Assembly (NCBI GenBank): GCA_016218155.1
Contig: JACREQ010000032.1
Location: forward strand, 195,506 to 259,505
DNA length: 64,000 bases
Origin: Bacteroidia bacterium
GTDB taxonomy: Bacteria > Bacteroidota > Bacteroidia > Bacteroidales > GWA2-32-17
Direction: 5' to 3'
Shown: piece by piece, positions 60,601 to 64,000 of the stretch
Numbering within the stretch: the stretch's first letter is position 1
Layout: every line of letters starts with the position of its first letter
Translations under genes and position numbers: made by a program
The notes under the pieces: generated by a model
Seen by the model: only the letters and a program-made list of their open reading frames with translations
Database searches by the model: none
What the model was told of the DNA's origin: nothing

Positions 60601-61112
60601 CTGGGAAATATTCAGATTTTAAAAAGGCCGATTTAGAAAAAAACAGAATTATTCAACTTGGTATACCAGATGCTTTTGTTTCTGCATATTATAATGGAAA
60701 GCGAATTAGTGTAGCTGAAGCAACAAAAATTGAAATGCAGAATCCTGCATCAGCTAGTGATCAGGTTGAAGTTAAATATCCGGAACAAAATGTTGAAGTC
60801 AATCAAAATGCTAATTTGCCGGTTGACAAAACTGCAATTCTTTTTAAAGTTCAGATAGGTGCATTTAAAGAGCAGATCCCTGTAAATAAAGTTACACAGT
60901 TTTTAGAAATGGCTGCTAACCACGGATTAGATCATGAACGCGATGAAACAGGTTCGAATGTTTATTCAGTAGGTAAATTCAAAACATATGATGAGGCTGT
61001 GAAAATGCGAGATGTTTTAATTAATGAAGGAGTTCAAGATGCCTTTGTTGTTGCATATAATGGAAAAGTTAAAATTTCTGTAAATGATGCAAAAAATATA
61101 CTGAATCAATAA
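54636..61112 (+). CDS. Giant envelope protein: signal peptide, TPR, PD40 beta-propeller repeats, ~1200-aa Asn/Lys/Glu-rich helical region, tandem repeats, 3 x SPOR domain
   Basis: Signal peptide MIFRILILFCFFSFSCVYNINAQ (likely start 54657). TPR-like helices occupy aa ~40-160. PD40-type motifs are DGKTLYFSSKGHNSMGGYDIFKS and ELYAYFASNRETNGDNISVYKI. The C-terminus has three SPOR-like modules starting FKVQIGAFKAP, YTVQIGVYKSP and FKVQIGAFKEQ. Confidence 0.8.
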   Translation: MILYGRIMIFRILILFCFFSFSCVYNINAQDKVKTTQDTELEQKAFTLFRAENYIEALPLFSQLLSLYPKEPNYNFGYAVCLIETNQQIEKAIKYLQFADSKSDNPLIKFYLGRAFHLSYKFDEALTNYEAYSKKALPADKKKYLLDSRIAMCNNGKELIRYISDLTVVDNKKIKNDNFYYSYELKDFGGKLIVKPPEFKTKLDKKYETVNNVIFFPNNGKEVFYGSFGENKANGREIFNIKKNLDGTWSKPVNIGSVINTPYDEDYAFLQADGKTLYFSSKGHNSMGGYDIFKSVFDSTANAWTKPINLDFPTNTPYDDYLFITDKDELYAYFASNRETNGDNISVYKIVVDKKPVERQFNNIDEILNTSKLEVSTLADIKKAENSHNDANNKQLLTNNVSNNNNQLTSTNYKFKPITYSPNITTQQLSSEVDKDEKEINNQANNLRKQSDIAYLSAIEKNNQANNKRKLASDKTNELSKITDINLAEKKKQEIFDLITEAENLENNAVTAYNVAKNLDQVATDIEEDAAKTKNIKEAINNSDNVNNESLVEIVNKNKDQLNKSQNKYTTIENEIENRTSLANSKQKEFLQNEKEYNANLNDISSTEDEINTLKQQIDNENDNNKKTELVKQLENKNKQLEAYNSKDSVLEDSYEKSKIVSENLQEEVKFLKGLQNNVSVDTRTTQDLAVLTKNINKDQLHKDIFDKELTFDVKNANAVLNNNNLTANNNKQNIIKSNNQVINNTEANNINSESLYVQAEKNKKIADSLQNVISVKEKVMASITDPKKHAAAYNEITQLNDLKELKTKQSEELLKQAKANDKTLVSNNTNTNIYNNNSVFPFNSDNSTNTNQDSKLVTYQKEVLNAQYYENLVREQRTKVDMLKYSLTNATDADSKSNTEKQIAELNKEIEKNTLIRNQSKANVEKLHKEAVSEVDVNAITNEQLVLNATQYKMKSELNLTNEQKQVMSLVENDREFLKGIQKNCNEITAEIEELIKRRETADLKTQKQIDKDLISKREKQAELIKKYSTVSMESNQDAAVIYKDVIDVNKKVDITNPDIRLANMLDKEAEIYFEKAANVRKDAELLGKPEETLLEYNKADNIEQIAIQKQKYSIDLYKKSQTNLTANNNVVNNSNNVNNVSNPNTNKNFNTVSADTNLIPRTVTITLNPDEENQLKSYNSETHKADVLLAESKKSLTDIETKKNKAAATFSAKEKQQLLKGIDSKEQKALDQMLNAYNYYGKADSMKFMVYKNQIKQLENSPSVIGNNKSIAKQYTSEAEFYFTEASKIRQNATAITDKNARADELKRATDFERKALSSQEYAVDVLTDVNPVFFVSTNDLTKIDRLDVLNQPVDVNEIVRIKTSRIVEKLTLTEEELIRLDEAEKKRAISNQLINDANKYLANLDSLKKIVELPANAKDKKKAEKQIPKVEKDMFASQFTSAELNESINDARFYLYKENFKKTRLNDNTTEARQGKQLEKDANAKYSKAKSLREKSYMKEDARKAYEIAVQANTLEQEAIEDQERAYGIYLNLKPLDDEIKEYALKHQAKNNNQNQNLLVKTNADITHIETPEIDTTSQILAINQNNNPVDTTTKSNLVVENITTPVDTAIVNNNVIENKNTNNNVVVNNVSPVDTTTKSNLVVENVTVPVDTTSKASNHVVINNVSPVDTTTKSNLVVENITVPVDTTTKTNNNVVENKNTNNVVINNVSPIDTTTKSNLAVENITVPIDTTTKTNNNVIENINTNNNVVTNNTNNVDNPPVNNNAITQALNKTGFGFSILPVNAYSAASPIPMNVPLPDGIVFKVQIGAFKAPVKNEAFKGLNPISGETLAGSQYVRYYVGLFYSEDAANIVRNQIKPIGYNDAFVVAYKDGKRISLFDARRMLKENGKTEEYNLLAQAEVDKIKNRVVENPINQNVNNNQTNNNPVNQITIKQPVNTTNVSNVSGLFYTVQIGVYKSPVSSQDLKNLTPIYEEQAYGFIRYTTGKYSDFKKADLEKNRIIQLGIPDAFVSAYYNGKRISVAEATKIEMQNPASASDQVEVKYPEQNVEVNQNANLPVDKTAILFKVQIGAFKEQIPVNKVTQFLEMAANHGLDHERDETGSNVYSVGKFKTYDEAVKMRDVLINEGVQDAFVVAYNGKVKISVNDAKNILNQ
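59409..59909 (+). repeat. In-frame tandem repeat inside the giant gene (periods 132, 105, 132 nt; ~44-aa unit)
   Basis: cctgttgac / ccggttgac / cctgttgac / cctattgac recur at 59409, 59541, 59646 and 59778. The protein unit is VSPVDTTTKSNLVVENITVPVDTTTKTNNNVVENKNTNNVVINN. Confidence 0.9.
60048..61083 (+). other. Three SPOR-like peptidoglycan-binding modules (domain block of the giant protein)
   Basis: Approximate module spans are 60048-60285, 60486-60715 and 60835-61083. Each has the xKVQIGAF/YTVQIGVY start and a ...DAFVVAYxxGKxIS end typical of Bacteroidota SPOR domains. Confidence 0.65.
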
Positions 61113-61118
61113 ATTTTG

Positions 61119-61126
61119 TAATTTTG
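61119..61126 (+). promoter_or_regulatory. Candidate -7 promoter box (TAATTTTG) for clpS
   Basis: TAnnTTTG match 26 nt upstream of ATG 61152. Confidence 0.3.
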
Positions 61127-61151
61127 TACCCTAAATTTTATTATTCAACGT

Positions 61152-61439
61152 ATGACGTTATTAGAAAAAATTAAATCAAAACCTTCACCAGTAGGTGTAA
61201 AAGATGAAGAAACAACACGTGATATGTTTCTTGTTCTTTATAATGATGAAGTTAATACATTCGAATTTGTTATTGAATCTTTAGTTGATGTATGTAATCA
61301 TATGCCAGAACAAGCCGAGCAATGTGCATTAATTACACATCTTAAAGGAAAATGTGATGTTAAAAAAGGATCATACAATTATCTGAAGTTAATGAAAGAT
61401 AGTTTAATTTCTAAGGGGCTTTCTGCTGTAATAGAATAA
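61152..61439 (+). CDS. clpS: ATP-dependent Clp protease adaptor ClpS
   Basis: 95 aa, reading LVLYNDEVNTFEFVIESLVDVCNHMPEQAEQCALITHLKGKCDVKKGSY. Confidence 0.85.
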   Translation: MTLLEKIKSKPSPVGVKDEETTRDMFLVLYNDEVNTFEFVIESLVDVCNHMPEQAEQCALITHLKGKCDVKKGSYNYLKLMKDSLISKGLSAVIE

Positions 61440-61486
61440 ATAATATATTTTCTTTCAAATAATTTTGTTGGTAGGTTTCAATTTTG

Positions 61487-61494
61487 TACTTTTG
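61487..61494 (+). promoter_or_regulatory. Candidate -7 promoter box (TACTTTTG) for tRNA-Ser
   Basis: TAnnTTTG match ending 11 nt before tRNA position 1. Confidence 0.4.
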
Positions 61495-61504
61495 CGACCT
61501 TTCA

Positions 61505-61594
<90 letters not shown>

Positions 61595-61617
61595 GAAAAT
61601 CCATTGTAAAAAGAAGC

Positions 61618-61651
61618 AAAACCCTGATTTTGAGAGAAGTCAGGGTTTTTT
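61618..61651 (+). terminator. Rho-independent terminator after tRNA-Ser
   Basis: aaaaccctga (61618-61627) pairs perfectly with tcagggtttt (61640-61649), and the T-run continues. Confidence 0.7.
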
Positions 61652-61833
61652 ATTTCTCTAAAACAACGCAAAAACACACCATTTTCGGGGTAGTTTGGTG
61701 TTCTATTCGGTTGCATAAGATTCCCCAAAAAAAAACAACCGAATAAGGTGCGATTTCTCTCTTATGCAGTACTTTACATTTCGTCTTTTTGAGCTAAAAA
61801 TTATACATTTAACCAAAAAAGAGGATGCAAATT

Positions 61834-63060
61834 ATGGAAAAAAGAACAACCATGGGCCTAATATTTTTCATTAAGAAAACTAGGCTGTTAAGAAACGGAG
61901 AAGCTCCGGTTTATTTAAGAATTACTATTAAAAGTAAAAGAGTTTAAATTGCTTTAAACAGAAGCATTTATGAAAAACTTTGGGGTAGTGAAATTGGAAC
62001 TGCAATAGGAAACAGTCAGGAAGCTAAAATGATAAATGGCTACATTGACAGTGTTCGAACACAGATTCATAATTACATGAAGATCCTGAGAGAAGACGAT
62101 ATTGAAATAACGGCTGAAAGTCTAAGAAATGCTTATCTGGGTATTGAAGAAACTGAAAAGGGAATTATTTAACTTTTTAAAGAGCACAACGAAAATGTAA
62201 AAAAACTTATTGGAAAAGACTTTGCACCTGAAACTGTAGAACGATATGAAACCAGTTTGATGCACACTGAAAATTTCATTAAATTATTTTATAAAAAAAC
62301 AGAACTCCCAATCTCACAAATCAATCACAAATTCATTACTGATTATGAATTGTACTTTAAAACTGAAAGAAATTGTTCACACAACACTACAATGAAGTAC
62401 ATTAAAAACTTCAGAAAAATTATTCGCATTGCTCTTGCAAACGGAATTATAAAAACTGATCCTTTCTCAAACTTTAAAATGACAATAAAAAAGGTGGATA
62501 GAGAATATTTGAACGAAGAAGAATTAGAAATTCTACTAAATAAAAAATTTGATTTTCAACGATTAGAACAAGTAAGAGACTGTTTCCTTTTTTCATGCTT
62601 TACAGGTCTTGCACATTCCGATTTAAAAAGATTAACAAAAGAAAATATAGTTACCGGAACAGATGGTAAATTATGGGTTAAAATTAATCGTAAAAAAACA
62701 AATAATTTAAGCAGCATCCCCATATTACCGATAACTAAAAGCTTAATTGAGAAATATGCATATAATGAATATTGCATGACTCATAATGTCCTTCTTCCAG
62801 TTTACACAAACCAAAGAATGAATGCATATTTAAAGGAATTAGCCCTAATTTGTAAAATAAATAAAAACCTGTCAAGCCATATAGCTAGGCATACTTTTGC
62901 TACAACTGTAACACTTAACAATGATGTTCCCATTGAAACTGTTTCTAAAATACTTGGACATTCTTCTATTAATATGATAAAAATTTATGCAAGATTACTT
63001 GATAAAAAGGTTGGAAACGATATTAAACATTTGCATGATAAGTTTTCAATTATTAAATAG
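61834..63060 (+). pseudogene. Tyrosine recombinase/integrase (Bacteroidota Arm-DNA-binding + SAM-like + catalytic type) disrupted by two in-frame TAA codons
   Basis: One frame reads MEKRTTMGLIFFIKKTRLLRNGEAPVYLRITIKSKRV*IALNRSIYEKLWGSEIGTAIGNSQEAK...EKGII*LFKEHNENVKKLIGKDFAPETVERYETSLMHTENF... and runs into track ORF 62257-63060. The stops are at 61945-61947 and 62170-62172. The catalytic motifs HIARHTFAT and LGHSSINMIKIYA are intact. Confidence 0.85.
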
Positions 63061-63184
63061 GAACATAAATTAATGCCTTTTAGAAGAATTTGTTATATAA
63101 GAAAAGTATTTTTCGGAAATTTTGATAATTAAATATAATAACTATTTTTGACATTTTATTTTAATTTTCAAAAGTAGATAAAAT

Positions 63185-64000
63185 ATGAAATTTTTAAAAA
63201 AATCAATATTCTTTTTAGGATTATTCATTTTAAGTCCATTAAGCAGTATTTTTGGACAAACTCCATTGAACGATCCCAATTGGATTCCAAGCCCTTTAGG
63301 TATAAGTAATGAATTTAATCAGCCTATTGGTTCTTCGCTACCAAGTACTTGGAAATTGTTTGAACAAACTCCACAAAATACTGTTTTTCACTCTTTTGTT
63401 TCTTGTAATGGAGGAATCTATGCTGGTACAGATTTTGGTGTTTTCTTTTTGGATACTATTGGAGTAACAAATCTCCATAAAATAGATAATAGTTGGATAC
63501 CCAAAAATAACGGTTTAACAAATTTTAATATAAATTGCATAAATAATAATGGTAGTAATATTTTTGCTGGTTCAAATTCTGGTGTGTTTTTGTCAACTGA
63601 TAACGGAAATAGTTGGATACAAAAAGGCTTGTCTACATATAAAATAATAGCAATAGCAACTAGTGGTAATAATATTTTTGCTAGTACTTACGGTTACGAT
63701 GGTGTGTTTTTGTCCACTGACAATGGAAATAGTTGGGTTGATATTAATAACGGATTACCAGAAACTAATATTCAAACTTTAACAATAAGTGGAAACAATA
63801 TATTTGCTGGTACAAATGAAAATGGTGTGTTTTTATCTACTAATAATGGAAGTAGCTGGACTCAAAAAGGTTTATTTGGTTATGGGATAACAGCATTAGT
63901 GGTAAACGGAAGCGAAATTTTTGCAGGTACAGTTAACAATGGAGTTTTTTATTCTGCAAATAATGGAAGTAGCTGGTCTCAAAAAGGTCTATTTGGTTAT
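63185..64000 (+). CDS. Secreted repeat protein (BNR/Asp-box-like S-x-D-x-G-x-x-W repeats), 3' end beyond the window; absent from the supplied ORF track
   Basis: ATG 63185 is followed by signal peptide MKFLKKSIFFLGLFILSPLSSIFGQ, and the frame stays open to nt 64000. It has ~40-aa (120-nt) repeats NIFAG(T/S)xxxGVFLSTDNGNSW..., with GVFLSTDNGNSW, GVFLSTNNGSSW and GVFYSANNGSSW. A TATTTTTG -7-like box lies upstream. Confidence 0.7.
   Translation, partial: MKFLKKSIFFLGLFILSPLSSIFGQTPLNDPNWIPSPLGISNEFNQPIGSSLPSTWKLFEQTPQNTVFHSFVSCNGGIYAGTDFGVFFLDTIGVTNLHKIDNSWIPKNNGLTNFNINCINNNGSNIFAGSNSGVFLSTDNGNSWIQKGLSTYKIIAIATSGNNIFASTYGYDGVFLSTDNGNSWVDINNGLPETNIQTLTISGNNIFAGTNENGVFLSTNNGSSWTQKGLFGYGITALVVNGSEIFAGTVNNGVFYSANNGSSWSQKGLFGY

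Noticed and set aside
61945-62172. The two in-frame TAA codons in the integrase could indicate stop-codon reassignment or programmed readthrough.
   Set aside because: TAA is the ordinary terminator of many well-supported genes in this window (for example the prolyl oligopeptidase, the giant protein and the sirtuin). Nonsense decay of a mobile-element gene is far more parsimonious.

Overview
Visibly AT-rich, densely coding chromosomal segment of Bacteroidota type. This assignment rests on gld/por type IX secretion (T9SS) genes, many T9SS C-terminal sorting domains (CTDs), lipoprotein signals and TAnnTTTG-type -7 promoter boxes. I call about 50 protein genes, one tRNA and one decayed integrase. 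No rRNA or CRISPR array is present.

Most of the window is housekeeping:
- Enzymes and biosynthesis: prolyl oligopeptidase (5' end cut by the window edge), deoxynucleoside kinase, ilvE, purQ, mannose-1-P guanylyltransferase, rfaE2-like, panD, panC, short glycogen synthase, glmS, an M16 peptidase.
- DNA and protein maintenance: topA, radA, dnaG, a sirtuin, clpS.
- Envelope: MlaEF-like ABC transporter, PBP1A.

It also carries the complete T9SS core operon porP-gldK-gldL-gldM-gldN. There is a PorZ-like beta-propeller CTD protein and two further CTD cargo proteins.

Features worth a second look, in rough order:
1. A compact minus-strand operon (13294-16578) encodes CheR, a degenerate CheR paralog and a receiver-less CheB. 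It continues into a SiaB-like GHKL kinase and a SiaC/DUF1987-like phosphoprotein. None of the canonical partners of either system is in the window.
2. A 2158-aa protein (54636-61112) has a TPR + PD40 head, about 1200 residues of Asn/Lys/Glu-rich putative coiled coil, a 132-nt tandem repeat block and three C-terminal SPOR domains.
3. A four-gene envelope cluster (46792-51431) combines three CxxC thioredoxin-fold proteins, predicted to be T9SS-secreted, periplasmic and an Omp28-like lipoprotein, with a DUF6029-type beta-barrel.
4. Two copies of a 33-bp AGTACT-N21-AGTACT element with 9-nt internal phasing lie just beyond stop codons.
5. A perfect 48-bp palindrome lies between ilvE and the PorZ-like gene.
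6. At tRNA-Ser(GCU) there is a tyrosine integrase killed by two in-frame TAA codons. It is followed by a repeat-protein ORF missing from the supplied track.

All functional calls come from motif recognition by eye. No searches were run.
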